Below are positions 33,511-33,755 of a stretch of DNA of 33,755 bases, piece after piece. The notes below the pieces were generated by a model that made no database searches, was not told where the DNA came from, and saw nothing but the letters and a program-made list of their open reading frames with translations. A program made the translations under genes and the position numbers. Origin of the DNA: Saprolegnia diclina VS20 (Eukaryota); assembly GCF_000281045.1 (NCBI RefSeq), contig NW_008246080.1, positions 790,122-823,876 of the forward strand. The letters are read 5' to 3'. Numbering within the stretch: the stretch's first letter is position 1; every line of letters begins with the position of its first letter.

Positions 33511-33545
33511 GAATATCCGGCTGAATCTCCGTTCATTTCATTTGC
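33434..33545 (+). promoter_or_regulatory. Oomycete-type core promoter (CCAAT boxes plus Inr/FPR-like element)
   Basis: GATTGGCT at ~33434 and 33463; TCATTTCATTTGC at 33533-33545 matches Inr YCAYTYY with an overlapping FPR-like MWTTTNC, 28 nt before the ATG at 33573. Confidence 0.6.
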
Positions 33546-33572
33546 TGATCGGACGCAAGAAGAGGAAGCAGC

Positions 33573-33755
33573 ATGGACAGCGTCGCCGGCCACGTCCTCC
33601 GCGCGCCACGTATGCTTCGACGCATCTGCGTCTACCAAGCCAGCGCGGGTAAGATGACGCTCAGCAGCCCACTGCGCTGCGGCGCCGTCTCGCTGAGCAG
33701 CTTCACGGACGAGCCACCACACCCCGACGACGCCACGACCATGCGCTCGTGGATC
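33573..33755 (+). CDS. 5' end of a probable further ankyrin-family gene (runs off the window)
   Basis: Open frame MDSVAGHVLRAPRMLRRICVYQAS...MRSWI to the window end. VLxxxxMLxxIxxYQ matches the module-start motif in the neighbours (VLLSKVHFQAISMYQDG, VLQSERLVTTITSYQNG). No ankyrin repeats are visible within the window. Confidence 0.6.
   Translation, partial: MDSVAGHVLRAPRMLRRICVYQASAGKMTLSSPLRCGAVSLSSFTDEPPHPDDATTMRSWI

Overview
Eukaryotic, GC-rich, gene-dense sequence with very short (~40-70 nt) GT-AG introns; gene content and promoter motifs suggest an oomycete, probably Saprolegniales (inference). Left end: a retinoblastoma-related (RBR) gene, missed by the ORF track, sits head-to-head with a kinesin-12/KIF15-like gene across a 773-bp spacer carrying CDE/CHR-, E2F- and MSA-like motifs. 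Centre (8.3-24.1 kb), the main finding: six tandem minus-strand paralogues (A-F) encoding LRR-transmembrane receptor-like PSEUDOkinases. All six share a 7-exon layout with one LRR per symmetric phase-2 exon and a conserved twin-tyrosine juxtamembrane motif. In the four readable kinase domains HRD is replaced by HNA and DFG is lost. Copies D and E have nearly identical cytoplasmic sequence on divergent ectodomains, which probably caused the two assembly gaps. Right end: U2AF65, dymeclin, a (CTAT)22 microsatellite, two back-to-back 5'-truncated ankyrin-repeat paralogues, and the start of a third family member. Gene models were read by eye and are not validated by transcript data.
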